Below, piece after piece: positions 50,052 to 63,800 of a stretch of DNA of 64,000 nucleotides. Position numbers and translations under genes: made by a program. The notes below the pieces were generated by a model. That model saw only the letters and a list, made by a program, of their open reading frames with translations. It made no database searches and had not been told where the DNA came from. The DNA is from Psammoneis japonica (taxonomy: Eukaryota), in the NCBI GenBank assembly GCA_008632985.1, contig QPGO01000069.1:372001-436000 (forward strand). Reading direction: 5' to 3'. The number at the start of each line of letters is the position of its first letter. Positions within the stretch are counted from its first letter, which is position 1.

Positions 50052-52762
50052 TCATAGCTTCTCAATCTCAGCCTTGAGGTTCTCGGGGGACATGCCGAGC
50101 TCCTTCATGACAATGTCACCTGGGGCAGAGAATCCGAAGCGATCAACTCCGATGACATTGTCGGCGTACTTGTACCAGAGTCCAGAGACACCGGCTTCCA
50201 TTGCAATGCGCTTGGTGCACGAAGCAGGGAGGACGCTTTCCTTGTAGTCATCGCTCTGGCGTTCGTAAAGCTCCATGCAAGGCATAGAAACAACACGGGC
50301 ACCTGGCATGTCAGCGGTGGCCTTAAGTGCGTGCTGAACCTCAGATCCAGTGGCAATAACAATAACGTCCAAGTCTTCAGTCTCCTTCTTGGCAATGTAT
50401 GCTCCCTTGAGGGTTCCCTCACGACGTTCAGCAACGGACAAGTCGTTGTTCTGGTCGACATTTTGACGAGAGAAGATCAAGGCAGTGGGTCCCTCCTTGC
50501 GGGTGACAGAGTGAACCATGGCGGCAACAGTTTCCTCGGCATCAGCAGGGCGCATGACATCAACATTAGGGAAAACACGGAGACCACTGACGGTCTCAAC
50601 AGGCTGGTGGGTAGGACCATCCTCACCAACACCAATAGAGTCGTGGGTAAGGATCCAGGACACACGGTTGAGCTCAGCAAGACCAGCAACACGGACAGTA
50701 GGACGGAAGTAGTCAACAAACACAAGGAAGGTAGATCCAGAGATCTTGAAAAGACCGTGGTAAGCAAATCCGTTCATGATGGAACCCATGGCGTGTTCGC
50801 GGATACCGAAGTAAAGGTTCTTTCCAGCGTAGCTCTTGTCGAAACCGGCGCCGAAGTTTCCTCCGTCTTCGATGTAGTTACGGGTGGAGCCATGAAGGTC
50901 GGCGGATCCAGAAACGTAATACGGGACGGCCTTGGAAATTTCCTGAATGGCCTTGTTCTGAGAGACACGGGTGGCCTCGGCATCAGTGCCCATGTCGGGG
51001 ATGGACTTGATCATTTCCTCGGCAGAGGCAGTCTTGTCATTGATGGCATCGTCAAGCTGCGAGGCAAGGTCGGGGTTGGCCTCCTTCCAAGCGGAGAAGG
51101 TCTTTTGCCATTCATCGTAGGCAGCCTCGTTCTTGGCCTGTACGTCCTTGAAAAAGTCGCGGGTTCCTTCCGAAACATACCACTTTTCTCCATCAGGAAG
51201 ACCAATGTTCTTCTTGGCCTTGTCAACGTAAGGAACACCGGCTTCTCCGTGAGCAGCGTTGGTTCCCTCGGTTTCTTCCATGCCCTTACCAATGATAGTG
51301 TTGCACTTGATGAACTTGGGCTTGCCGTTGTCGCTGGCCTTGGCGGAAGCGATGGTTTCCTCAACAGTGGCAAGATCGTGACCGTCAATATCATAGACTT
51401 CCCATCCGTACGCCTCGTAACGCTTGAGAATATCCTCGGACTGAGTGTACTCCGCCATCTTATCAAGGGTGACCTCGTTGGCGTCGTAGAGAACAATGAG
51501 GTTATCAAGCTTCTCGTGGGCCGCAAAGGCAGCAGCCTCGGCGGAGACACCCTCTTGGAAGCAACCATCTCCAGCTAGAGCAAAGATGTGGTGGTCAAAG
51601 ATCTTGTGGTCATCGGTGTTGTAAACTGCCTCGGCCATCTTCTCGGAAGCGGCGAAACCAACCGCGTTGGCAACACCCTGTCCAAGGGGTCCCGTAGTGC
51701 ACTCAATTCCGGGTGTGTTGTGTTCAGAGTTGGGGAACTCGGGGTGACCAGGGGTCATGGAGTGATGTTGACGGAAGTTCTTCAACTCCTCCATGGGGAG
51801 GTCGTATCCGGCAAGGTTGAGCCATGAGTAGATGAACATGGAGCCATGTCCGGCAGAAAGGATGAAACGATCACGGTTAATCCATTCGGGGTCCTTGGCA
51901 TTGTAGCTCATCTACATTTTGTGAAGAGAATTCGGAAAAAGAACAAAGTCGTGAGCGCAAAAAATCGAAACGACATCATATCACTTGCGGTCGCCAGCCC
52001 ACGTCACTGATCGCAGTAGAAAGTGTACAGATTTCTACGCGCGACAAATGGACTCAGTACCTGACCACGTATGTGTTTTCAAAAAAGGAACGCAATGATG
52101 TCTCACGTACCTGGGAGCCGTAAAGCGAGGCACCAATCTCAGCAGCACCAAGAGGAAGACCCATGTGTCCAGAGTGAGCTGCAGCAATGGAGTCCATAGC
52201 AAGACCACGTGCTTCGTTGGCAGCAGTGGCGAGAGCGGCCAAAGTGTCCGTCTCGGTGGCAGTGCTCATCTTGAGAACATTGCTCTGCATGACACCAAGA
52301 AAGATCGAGAGTATACCAACAAGCATAATGGACCAAGTAAATGCATTAATATTGGAGAGTATCATTGTTTCATTGTCAAGAGTGCGTACGAGAGAGAAAA
52401 CGGGGAGAGAAAAAATGTGAGTTAGTCGTAGGATTCTGAGAAACTTGCTCCATGCCACACAAAATCCGACAAATCACATGCAAGACAAAATAGCTGAATT
52501 TCTCCAAGTCAACAAGCGATCATTGCAGCCCTCGCTGTGACGAAGCAAGTCGACAAAGACTGAACGTCGTATTTCCTTTGCAGGCGCGAACCAGAAGGTG
52601 TTTTCCCGACACAGTTACGGGGAACAAGCGCATATTGTGCATATCTTTCTTGTTACGTACCTGGCGGACTGCAAAGCGAGCAGATTTAAGAGGAGTTCCG
52701 GCAAATCCGTTGACACCGGCGGACAAAGCCGTCGCGGCGATAGCAAGCATGGAGAACTTCAT
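50052..52762 (-). CDS. TKL: Plastid-targeted transketolase, 3 exons (52762-52661, 52284-52111, 51911-50052)
   Basis: [50 protein letters not shown] motifs. Bipartite presequence [22 protein letters not shown] (ASAFAP-like). GT-AG introns splice in frame. Confidence 0.96.
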
Positions 52763-53149
52763 CGTGAAAGAAAGCGTGGTTAGAGAACCCACAAGCTTTT
52801 TATGAGAAGGCATCAATCAAAGCCGAATGGTTGTTGTGCAGATCAACAGCGCGACACGTACGTACGCGTCGTCGACGTTGGATCTTTATTTTTTTCGTGG
52901 CGGGAAAAAGCGTGGCGAAGTGCCACCTTTCCTTCACTCTTTCCCATTGAATACTAATTTTTTCGAAACAGATGGAGGAATCGTGGCCAAGATTCAATCT
53001 TTTCAAAAAACATTCCAAATCACAAGTCCGAAGCCAAGATTCCTTCTCAAAAGATTCCTGTGGTGACGGGCAGACCGCCCGAAAATGCTGAACTAAGATA
53101 GATAGACAGACAGTCGCGACGACCAGACTGTTGGCAGGGGTTGGCCACG

Positions 53150-53720
53150 ACATGTCATTCGTTCATTCAAGCAAAGCGGAAGACTTCACAGTTGAACAAT
53201 GCAGAGCAGATTGAGACTGGTGAGGCCCGAACACAAAACGAAGACGAGGCTGTCCCCAAAATCATCTGTGGGAGGAGGCAAAATGCTGCTTTGCATTGGT
53301 TTTTGCTTCCAGCATGCAGGCTGTGGCTGCAAGCCAATGTGCGCCAGGCTGCCCATGTTGTGACTCCTCCTCCTCACTGTTTCAAGCTGGAGGCAGGCCA
53401 GAGTTTTGCAACCGTGCCAGGTTCTTGTAGGAGCAAAACGCTGCGTTGTTGTGCCGCACAGTGCATGCTGGCAAGGACAGAGCAGCTGCTTTCTCTCTTT
53501 TCTCTGGAGGAGAAAGCTGGCCAAGAACAGCTCTTTGCCCAGACTCCTCTGTTCTTCGTTGGCATCTCTTGACCCTTCAACAACTGGGAAGTGAAGAGAG
53601 TTCTTGCTCAATGCCACTGGCTGCCCTCCATCTCCTGGGCACTGCTGCCATGCTGTTTGTCAAATTTCGTGTCTCTCAAATTTCTCTGAACAGATGGACC
53701 TGCCTTGTTGTTTGTGGTTT
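53150..53720. mobile_element. Small TpA-depleted insertion or relic between the TKL and ASF1 promoters
   Basis: About 570 bp in which I see one TA (near 53429) and excess CA/TG, embedded in normal intergenic DNA. Confidence 0.5.
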
Positions 53721-54120
53721 GACTAATCAAACGTCTTTCAAAAGAGTTTATTTTTATCTTTTGATGAGTGCCGTTGCGTTGTGTTGGGTTTTCTCTGCCG
53801 TGTGTCTTCGAGCTCCGAAAAGTAAACCTCGCGCGCCAGGAATGAAGAGAAAGCAAGCCCGTAGAATTTGTACCTGGGTGCTACCACCCGGTGATCGAGC
53901 TGTCGCGTTGCGTTTCGCCGCATTTTCTGCTTCAGCTTCAGCGACGACACAACACCCTTGATCGGTTTGTGCTTTGAGAGTTCGACACAGCGTTTGCTAT
54001 TCTTATCGCTATACCAGCCGTTTCTCAGCAGGATCATCTCTACGTTTATCAGTCATTTTTGCTTCGAGTTATTCCGAAATTAGCAATTAGAACTGCATCA
54101 TACAACATAAATCTTTCACA

Positions 54121-54925
54121 ATGGCGCTCGTCAATGTATGCAACATGGTAAGTCACCGCAAACGCTCTGCCCGATTCGTAAGGAGGCAATTGCCGCACTC
54201 AATGTCTTTTTCTTGTATATAACGCACCAGGTGGTTCTCGATAATCCAACAAACTTTAGCAATCCGTTTCAATTCGAAATTACCTTTGAATGCTTACAAG
54301 AGCTCGAAGACGGTACGTGAGCAATCTCTGTATGAGACTTGAAGCTAGCTCCTTATCTATCACCCCATAAACCTCACAGCTTTTCCCGTTATTTATTATA
54401 GATTTGGAATGGAAGGTGCTGTATGTTGGCTCAGCAGAGTCATTTACACACGATCAAGTTCTGGATGAAGTCATGGTGGGTCCGGTGCCGGTGGGCCTCA
54501 ACAAGTTTGTCTTGCAGGCGGACGCCCCCGATCCACAATCGATTCCTCGTGAAAGTCTCTTGGGGGTCACGGTGGTCTTGGTTACTTGCAGCTACCGAGA
54601 ACAGGAGTTTGTTCGGATTGGATACTATGTCAACAATGAATACGAGGGACACGATGCAACTCAGGAAGACGCTCCTCCACTCCCAGAGACGCTCGATATG
54701 AACAAGGTGTTGAGAACAATCTTGGCGGATAAGCCACGTGTCACGAGATTCCCCATTACGTGGAATAGCGACGGCAGACAGGCTCAGCAGGAAGCACAAG
54801 GCGATGAAAACATGACGTCTCCGGCCAAGGTTGCTGATGCGAATACTCATGCAGCTTCTGAAGATATGGATATTGGCACAGGTATGCATGTGGTTACACC
54901 CATGGATACCGCCATGCAAATGTAA
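54121..54925 (+). CDS. ASF1: Histone H3-H4 chaperone ASF1, 3 exons (54121-54147, 54231-54312, 54402-54925)
   Basis: MALVNVCNM|VVLDNPTNFSNPFQFEITFECLQELED|DLEWKVLYVGSAES..DQVLDEVMVGPVP..GVTVVLVTCSY..QEFVRIGYYVNNEY..PRVTRFPITW. Confidence 0.96.
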
Positions 54926-55361
54926 AGCAGATATTTTGCTCATGGCATGATTCTTCGGTTTCGTTTTATTTTCAGAAGAAACATGATATTGTAAGTCCTA
55001 CAAGTTGAGACAGGGGTGATTGGTGGTTTACCGCAACAATTATTGAGCTTCTGTTAGGTATGTTGTAAACTAAGACACCAGAGACACGGGATATAGAAAT
55101 TGAGCCAAACAAGAACTATCGCTTTAGCTTGAAAATCGCTGTTAAATTGTAGCTTGCAGCAAAGTCACTCTTGAACCTCTAAAGCACACACGCGACGACG
55201 ATTCAAAGCTCTTGTCGAGAAACTGAAAACTAAAATACATGTTTTCTCTACCGACAATCCATTCTTATGTGAGAAAACCAAAGCCCTTATGCCCCCATCG
55301 CGTGATTGCTCTTGTTACTCACGTAGCCGTCTATGATTTTCACCGAAAGCTTGTAAGTTTT

Positions 55362-55646
55362 CTACCGTTGCATGTTGGTTGGCCTAGCTCCACCGTCGAC
55401 CCGTTTATCCCACATTTTGAGCCATGTACACAAGGTACAGGTACGTTCAAATAGAAACGGCTTTGACCACTGCTTGTCTGGAAACCCATCGCGGGCCTTT
55501 GTTTCGCGGCAGTATCCGCACATAACCATACCGACAACATGACGTTGCCTCTTGCAGGGAGGCTCTGATGCGTCGGAGTGACGGATCATATGATGGCTGT
55601 TAGTTGTGTCAACCATGACGACGTCCGGTACGGATTCGACTTGCAT
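55362..55646 (-). CDS. Small putative zinc-finger protein (Stc1-like CxxC...K...F...Q...CxxC)
   Basis: MCGYCRETKARDGFPDKQWSKPFLFERTCTLC. Divergent from the BAP31-like gene; short, boundaries uncertain. Confidence 0.4.
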   Translation of the reverse strand: MQVESVPDVVMVDTTNSHHMIRHSDASEPPCKRQRHVVGMVMCGYCRETKARDGFPDKQWSKPFLFERTCTLCTWLKMWDKRVDGGARPTNMQR

Positions 55647-55972
55647 GATACCGAGTACAATCCCTTTCTTACACACACAAATGTCTCTCGACAGACTCTT
55701 GAGAAATGAAGTGAGAAGTGAGAGCGTCGCTTTGTCGCTTCAGAAAAAACCGAGGGAAAAAAAATGGCGCGAGGAGACCACAAGCAGAGAGCTCGCGCTG
55801 ATGACGTCGACCTCGCAAGATTTCATTCCGGCCCGATTCGATATTCATTCCCGCCAAAAAAGATCGCCTACTCGCTACTCGCAGAAGCATCAACAAAAAG
55901 GACTCAAACCGAAGCGTTTAGAGCCACTTGAGTAGATCGTTTGCATACACACATTCTATACGCTCTATCATC

Positions 55973-56533
55973 ATGGGACCTGGATGGACACTGTACCTGT
56001 TTCTCATGCTGCCACTCCCACTCTTGTCGGTGATGCTTCTCACGACGTGCGGCAGGTGGGGTTTTGTGCGAAAGGCGTGTCGAGGCGCCAGCAGTCTGAG
56101 CTTTAATGTGGGAAGCTTGGAAATTTCACTCCGCTCTGTTTGTTTCACGATTTCTGTTATCATGTTTTTGCTTTGCGCCAGAGCAACTACCCAAGTCGCC
56201 ATGCCAGTAGACGAAGTTCTTTTGACTCCAAGCAGCAAAATACAACTCTATTCCAAAAAGTGGAGAAATGAACGTAATTTTTGGATTAGTGCTCTCATTC
56301 TCATCTTATGGTATGTTCTCGGTGGATTGATGAGACTTCAAGAGGAAAATGCATTATTACGAAACGTGCTCGAAGAACTAGGTTGCGACTTGACGGAATT
56401 TCAAGCAAATCAACAAGCCCAGGGGCGAGCGAAGAAGGACAAAGAGCAACCTGCGAGAGACCCGAAGGACAAGCCAAATGGTAAAACGAACGAAAAACAA
56501 GCTTCATCTGGCGAGACAAAAAAAGACAAATGA
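55973..56533 (+). CDS. BAP31/Yet-like ER membrane protein
   Basis: Three hydrophobic segments, the KWRNERNFWISA motif (BAP31 family FRAQRNxYIS equivalent), a coiled coil and a C-terminal KKDK dilysine ER-retrieval signal. Confidence 0.8.
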   Translation: MGPGWTLYLFLMLPLPLLSVMLLTTCGRWGFVRKACRGASSLSFNVGSLEISLRSVCFTISVIMFLLCARATTQVAMPVDEVLLTPSSKIQLYSKKWRNERNFWISALILILWYVLGGLMRLQEENALLRNVLEELGCDLTEFQANQQAQGRAKKDKEQPARDPKDKPNGKTNEKQASSGETKKDK

Positions 56534-57649
56534 TAGAGAGGAGTCCATTTTGGCGTGAGGAATCGATCCTGCCATGAGGACAGTTCGTTCTATTAAGTAA
56601 TTATTGACAGACCCCCACGACCATTATATTGCGGTCATGGTCTTTTATAATGAAACCTCTATTGACTATGCCCCAGTGTTCAACAATTCGTTAATCGCCA
56701 AAGGCTATATCTAGCTTTTTAGCTTCTACTCTCTGCTAGAGCTAGAATAGTACGGTACAGTAGTAGTAGCTCTCAATTGCGACCAAATTTGAATAAAACA
56801 TGCCACGCGGCAATTAAGGCGGACCGTCGGCTTATTTTTTTCGCACGTCTTTCCGGGTTTTCAGCATTTTTGACGGGTCGCGACAGAAAATAACACGACA
56901 AAAGCACGAGCGACAATGATGATGTTCGCGACGAGCGGTGAGTTGCAAAGTATCACCTCACGAGGGACACTCATTGGTTTTATTATCATGATGTGGTGCA
57001 GATTGATTCACATGCTTTCGTCCCTCGTGCCACTGGGCCAATTTTGAGAGACAGCGCAATGGCCGTCATCGTCGTGCTTCGATCGCGGAGCATGGCTGTT
57101 CTCGTTTTTCGAGGGCGATCGAACAATTCTTGTATTTAAAATTAACAAATGTAAATAAACGCATCCAAACACAATGCCAATTTTAGGATCAAATGCTGAA
57201 AAAATATGTCGGCGGTCCCCCTTAAACGCTGGGGCCCTGCTTTGTTGAGGTTGGAGTCCTGTGCTGTCAAAAACATGAATCGCGCCCGCCCACATGCATC
57301 GCGAGGTTGGATGCAGCTCTCTGACTCAAGTCACATGAAACACAACCCTTGGAAATGCTTCGCCACCTTCCTCATGCCAGCTTGCAACTCCTTTTCTGAA
57401 CAAGCCAGAGGCCTGCTGACAGACATCCGAGATGGGGAGTGCACTCCCTTGTGTCGGACAGACTGGCACAGACAGCACAGAGAGATCCGATGATCTCTCT
57501 CTGCTCACTTTCTTTCTCATCTGGTGCACAATCATCATCTGTCCTAGATGTCCGTTGGATCATCCCGACACCGCCAGTCCGCAAGGTTGTGAGCAGCAGT
57601 GCGCTGTTTGTCTTCCTCAACACAGCTGCGCTGCAACGTTCACTGTGTG

Positions 57650-60600
57650 ATTTGGCGACGTTTCTCCGTTGAAATCGTCATCTTTGTCACAGCCATTTTT
57701 CTCACTCGATTTGTGATCATCACGACCACCGTAGACCACACACCAGTGTTCTGCGCGGGATTTTGATTTTTTTCCCGCGCAACCATGGTGCCGACTGAGC
57801 AAACTTCTGTCGATTTGACCAAGATCAAGTCGACACAGGTCGAATTCAAACCGCAAAATCACTTGCCTGATGCCCATCATTGCCTGAATGCACTTCATTC
57901 AGATGCGACACCTGCTCCTGAAGATCTTCTGGATGGTCTTCAATCTTGTTCATTCACCCATGCCAACCTCCCCAACTCAGCCCCGCCAACCCTTCTCCTG
58001 CGCTCAAGCCGCCAAGCAACCTTCCCAAGACACCCATTCTGAAACCACCTTTTCTCTCTTTGCTGTGTCTTGGCACCCTCCTCTGCCCTCCTGACTCTCC
58101 TCACCTGCCCAGAAGTGCTTCTTCCCACCCTGCCGAGACATTGACACCAACACTGATGCAGAAGCTCTGTGCCGCACCTCTTTTCACACCACCTCTTGGT
58201 TGGAAGGGGGTGCTGGGTGAGGTGGAGGTGCCAGAGGGCTCCATTTCTGGAGGGTGGACCTGAGGAGTTGGGGCTGTGATTGGAGCAAATGGCTTCTCTT
58301 GCAGCAGGGCAACCTGCTCCAGGGAGTGACAGGTGACATGGCATTGAGCACGTGCAGCAAAGGTGTGTCAACAGCATGGCAGTCATGTTGGCAGTGAACA
58401 AGATCCATGCTTTCAGAGGGGGTTGTGTTGTCAGGACCTGGCCCACCTCCTCTGGGACCATCTTGTCATGGCCCACAAGCACCAAAGCATTCTTTGAAAT
58501 GTCCTTCTTGACTCCTTCTTTGAGCAACACAATCTTTGCCCTTGTTGATGCCATCAAAAAATGCTGAGATTTGTCTGTGCAACTCCTGCCTCAATGCCCA
58601 CATTGCCAACAAGCACCATTGCCCCCACACCTCTGCCAGCCTTTGACTCATGTCTTCTGGCCACCCTTCAAAAAAAAATGCCTGGCTGGACCTCTTCCCT
58701 CCAGTGGCCTGAAGCCCTCACTCTCACACCTTTCCCTTTTTTGAGCCTCCCTCTGGCACAAGCTGTCCTCATCCTCCTGCCTCCAAGCTTGTCACACCCT
58801 CCACCCTCTCATCAGCATTGACACCTCTGCCCCCTTTTGGACAATGACTCCCCTCCCCTTGGCAAACCTCTTCAGCCCCTTGTTGGAAACTCCTTTTTCT
58901 TTTCAAGTCCCTTGTTCTTTGCCCCCAACCCAAGACATCTGACCAGCCACACTTGTTCTCTGCCCTCATCTCCAAGTGCCTTCCCTTTTTTGAAACAGCC
59001 CAGTTTGCTCTTTGGATGACTCCTCTCAAGTCTCAAGCAGAGCCTCCCCCACCACCCCTTCTGATGACCCACCCAATTTGATGCCTCTTTGCCAGCATCC
59101 CAACCAGCACCATGACCACCATCTTCAATGGCCACCCTTCCTTCAGCATGAAGGTTTTGTCCAAGGTTGCCCCCCTGGCCCCACTTTCTTGAGCCTTGTC
59201 CTCATGTGTGTGCTCACCCCACTTGACCAAGAACTGCATGCCAGTGCTTCTTCCCTCCCCACTCCTCCCCAGATCCAGCACACCAGCCATTGGAGTGCAG
59301 ATCACAGACAGAAAATGGAAGGTGTCATTGTTCTGCAGGCTGAAAAAATGGTCGGGAGACAAAGAAAAATCCTTTTGGGAACAAAAAATGATGTTGGCTT
59401 GATTGGATCACAAAATGATGGAGTCAAAAAGAGAGCACATCACAGAGTTCAGCAACACAGCTCAAGGCCACAACCTGAAAGAGTGCTGAAGGGCAAAGAG
59501 AATGTGGTGACATGACAGGCTCCCCAAATGCTGGGGCTGTGGCGGTGGTGCAAGCACCAGCAGAAGAGAATGAGAGGAGGACAGCAATGTGGCAGACTCC
59601 ATGAGCACCAGGGCTGTGACAACATGAGCACCATCAGAAGAGAATGAGAGGTGGATCTCAGAGAGATTTGCTCATCAGTCCAAAAGGGTGGTCTGGTCAT
59701 CATCCATGTTCAGTCTGTCCATGGTGTGAAGATTGCTTTCTGGAAAAGATTTGCAACCAGCAGCTCTTCTGCAGGGTCTTTGGTCTCTGGTGGGCTCACA
59801 TGATTGAGGGCATGTTCTTGCAAGAGATCAGCCACAGCATCTTATGATTTTGCACGTTTGGCATCACAAAAAAAAGTTGAGCCCAACGGTTCTTGAGCCA
59901 CCACAAAGGCAGCACAAGTGCTCAGAAGCCCCACTGCAGTGAGGACACAGTTGGAACACTGTGCTGATCTCCACAAGGGAGTCAACGACAGTCTTTTTGA
60001 GGGTCAGATGTGCCACGGTGGAGGGCAAAAAATGCACACACACCACAAAACAATTTTGTTGACAATGCTGGGAAATGTCAGCTGCAGAAACAAAAAATGG
60101 GCTGGCTTGATTGGCTCACAAGCAAAACAAGCCATGGTGGAATTTTCAACACAGAAAAGAGCACAAACTGCTCACAAGGCCACAACCAGTCAGAACAGCA
60201 ACAGCCAGCTGAGCTGACAAGCACAAGAGTCCTCTCTGTAAACTGGCAACAGCAACAACACATGCACTGGTGAGAAAGAGTGAGAAGAGCAGATCTCAGA
60301 GAGATCTCACTCATCTGTCTGAAGGGTCTGGCTGTCATCCATGTGCAGTCTGACCATGTGCAATGGTCAGTCTGCTGACACTCTCACAATGACAGCCCAG
60401 CTTGCTGCCTCTCTGTTTCTCTTGGCAGCGCTGGCTGCCATGACATTCCTGATGCTGCAGCTGTCCTGCCCTCTCTCCATCTCTCTTGCCCACTCTCTCC
60501 TCTTTGCCAAACAAGGCATCCACTCAACAGGTGCTGACCAACACTTTTGCCTGCCTCCCAGCTGGTCTGCTGCCCTCTCCTCCTGGTCTGACCCGTGCCA

Positions 60601-62080
60601 ATTTTTGATTCCTTGCCACTGCCCTCTTCCAACTTGACTCTCCCAGCTTTTCCTCTGTGTCTTCTTCTGTCTCCAATCACATCCTCCACAGTCTTCCTCA
60701 ACAAACAACCCAACTTTGCTGTCATCAGCACAGTGCCCTTCTCCTGCTCCTGTGCCATCCTGACCTCCAACTGGCCCTCTCTTCCCATTTCTTTTTTCCT
60801 TGCTAACTTGTGCCTCCATTCCCTCTCACAAGCCCATCCAAGTGACCATCTCTCATCCTCGTCCCATGTCTCCCTCCTCCTCTTCCTCTGCAAGCTCCAC
60901 CCCCCTGCTGTCCTCCCTCCAACCTCTGACACACCTGCCTTGTTGCCCCTGTGGACAGCACGGCTCAGAGATCCCTTTGGTGGCCATGCGCTCACTTGCT
61001 CCAAGATGCGTGCAAGGGCCCTCTCTCCAGTGGCGTCTTTGACAAAATCTGTGATGTCATTGAAAACTGCGGTCCTCTCAGCAGCATTTGTCACTCTTGT
61101 CATCTCATGTCCTTCTCAAACTGCTGGCTGGTCATCCCAATCCCTGACTGCCATCTCAAGTGACCTGCCAACATTGAAGCACAGCTTGCGCCAGGCTCAA
61201 TGTGGCCTCCCTGTGCTCTGTGCTCCCTCCATCCACCACTTCCTTGCTTTCAATGTCATGGTCCCTCCAGCTCCTCCCCATCCTGCACTTGGTTGCCTGC
61301 TCCTTCCAGCTCACTTGCCAAGGCTTGCCTCAGCTGCACTTGTGACAACCTTCTGGGGTGCAGCGCCCCTTCCAACAGCAGCTCTTTTGTCATCATTGCA
61401 GTCAACCAATCCAGCCTTTTTCTTCTCCCCTTCACTCTTGATCACTGGGGTGGAATGGGCTGCCATTTCCACACCCTCTTCTTTGGCCACTCACCCAACA
61501 ACTCTTCCTCTGTCCCACCCCTGCATCCCAAGCTCCCCTGGAACAACCAGTCCAACTTCTCTCATTCTCATGCTTCATTTTTTTCATCCCACAAATCTTC
61601 TCTTGCTCCTTTTGCCAGTCAACCTCCTTGTCCAAGCCACCATCACCTGGAAACAACTTCCCGCCAATTGTTTTGGCTCTGTCCATCATTCATCTGCCCC
61701 CCAGTCAATGGTCTGTTCAATTTCTTGGTGCCTCAACCTTGGCCTGGCTCTTTCCAACCACCTGCCAATCCTTTCTTTGCTTTGCTGCCCCCCTCTGCTT
61801 CCTTCCATCCATCTGTCTGCATCTCTGAGCCCAGCCTTGTTTTCCAAACCCAGTCACCACACACACTTGCACTGCCCCCCTGATCCTTTTGTGCTGCAAT
61901 TTTCCCTTTGTTGCCACAAAACAACTTGGCCAAGTTGGAGCAGACCCTGATGGCTTCTGCAGCATTGCACAATTGAGTGGCAAGTCAATGCTTCCACACA
62001 GACATCTGCTTGTGTCAGTGCCTCCACATGCAAAATGTCAAGTGACTGTTGCATCCTGCAGCCTCATTGGAGCTCTTTTC
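57650..62080 (+). mobile_element. Degenerate non-LTR (CRE/R2-like) retrotransposon, interrupted by Copia LTR fragments
   Basis: RT motif EGFVQGCPPGPTFLSLVL at ~59150-59200. Zinc knuckle CPCG..RDPFGGHALTC at ~60945-61000. C-rich sense strand, TA-depleted. Confidence 0.65.
59300..60380 (-). mobile_element. Two Copia 5'-LTR+PBS fragments related to the 41.5-48.5 kb element
   Basis: PBS complement aaggccacaacc at 59464-59475 and 60176-60188. LTR motifs tgtgacaacatgagcacca, agatctcagagagat, gtcatccatgt..cagtctg, ending gctgaca at 60380. Confidence 0.7.
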
Positions 62081-62369
62081 AAATGAAAAGAAAGGCGCCA
62101 TTGGTGCTGGGAGGCAGAACACAGCAGCGCACACTCTCAAGAAAAGAATGACAGGTGCAAAAACAGAGCAGAGGAAAGAAAAGCAACCACACAATGATGG
62201 CTGATTTGTCATCATCCATCCATCCATTTTCATCTTGTGGCAGAGAATTTGGATGTTGGATGTGAGCCCAATGAAAACTTCCATTGTCCAGATCATGATG
62301 GATTGGGGGGGGGGGGGGGATCTCTTGCTTGTTGCAGTGCTTTCATGTGTGCCAAACAACAGATTGTCA

Positions 62370-62640
62370 AAGGCTGGCTGTTGTGCCAAGTTGAATGCCA
62401 TCTGCAATGCCACCCCACAGTGTCATGTTGAAATGCTGGCCACCACCACATTGTGTTGAATGCCATCTGTGCAGTGTCATGTTGAATGCTGGCCATCATC
62501 ATGTTGCATCAAACACCATCTGCAGTGTTTTGTGCTGTCATGTTGAGTGTTGAATGCTGGCTGTCACATCACATCAAATGCCGTCCTGTGTGTTGCGTCA
62601 AATGCCAGCTGTTGCATCATGTCAAATGCAGTTGATCAAG
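62370..62640. repeat. Degenerate ~50-60-bp tandem repeat
   Basis: Recurrent gtgtcatgttgaa(a)tgctggcca..ca..gttgaatgccatctg. Confidence 0.6.
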
Positions 62641-62859
62641 ATGCTTCAGAGCAGCAAAGTTCAGTTGACACATCAAAAAACAAAATTAGACAAACCAACA
62701 GCAACAGAGGCACAGGTGAAAAAGTTGTCAAAATCATTGCTGCCTGCTTCACTTTTCTTGCTGCATTCTGGAACCCTGGCCTTTTGAAAAAGTTGTGGGC
62801 TCTTGTTGGCATCATTTCTGCCAACACAAGCTCATGACCCCAGTCCCTTGCAGCATCTA

Positions 62860-63800
62860 AATTGCGCTAATTCCACCTTGCATGAGCTTCCCACTGTTGC
62901 CCTCAATGAGGTCACAAACTCTGTTGGAGATGTGAACAGATGCATTGTCTGCAACCACAGCCAAGCCTGGTTCATAAAGACAGCATTTCCAAAGTGCAGG
63001 AACCACTTTTTCTTCCACACGAGCCTTGAATCTGGCCATGTCCACTGTTCCACATTCTGTGTCTTTGTTGTTGGGATGATTGCGCACATGCTCCACCATC
63101 TTGCAAGATTCTTTCACAAACCCAGCATGTCATCAGAGGCAATTGGGGGTTGCACCACTTGTGGAAATCTTTCTCAAAATGCAAATCAACCACAGGTGGA
63201 TTGTCCAGTTCCTCCCACCCTCCAGCAGGCACATTTTGTTTTGGCTGTTTCATCAAGAAATGCAGCTGTTGTGGGTTTTGGTGGGAACACATCCAGCCAT
63301 CTTTGATGCCACTGCTTTTCAGCTTCACACCTCTGTTGGGCACAGACTGCAGCCTTCTACAAGCTGTGGCCAAGTCAAAACAGTTGGCACCATGTGTCAC
63401 TTGGGCTCCATGTTTTGCCATGTCTCTCCTTTCTGTTGCCAGCTGCATCTCATCAAGGTGCAAATGGGGCATCTCTCTTTGATGGCATGGAGCACATCAT
63501 GATTGTCAGCTTCAGAAAATGAACAAGCAGCTCTTGTTGTGACATCATGCCATCTTTTCCAGCTTCTTGCTCTGTGATGAGTTTCAGCTTTCATCTCACC
63601 AGGCTGGAGCAGATGAAGCCACTTCCAAAAGGTTTTGCATGGGGTGCTCTTCATCCAAGAGCCATCTGTTTCCTGCCAATCATCTTTGTTGAATGTTTGC
63701 ACTTTGTTCCCATCATTCTTGCCAGCACAGCTCAAAGACTTGCCACCTGGCTAATCTGTTGTTGTTTCAACGTGTGCCTTTGGGATTTTCTTGTCATCAT
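62860..63800 (-). mobile_element. IS630/Tc1-mariner-like transposase relic
   Basis: GTVDMARFKARVEEKVVPAL...EPGLAVVADNASVHISNRVCDLIE resembles the DDE_3 motif VVxDNASxH. Confidence 0.6.

Noticed and set aside
50331..51578. 415-aa + strand ORF and other long antisense ORFs (e.g. 29272-30063)
   Set aside because: Antisense shadows of codon-biased genes (transketolase, VPS9 protein); no recognisable motifs.
54121..55646. ASF1 and an Stc1-like finger as a linked silencing/mutator machinery
   Set aside because: Proximity to TE blocks is probably coincidental, the Stc1-like call is weak, and no deaminase, methyltransferase or polymerase gene is visible in the window.
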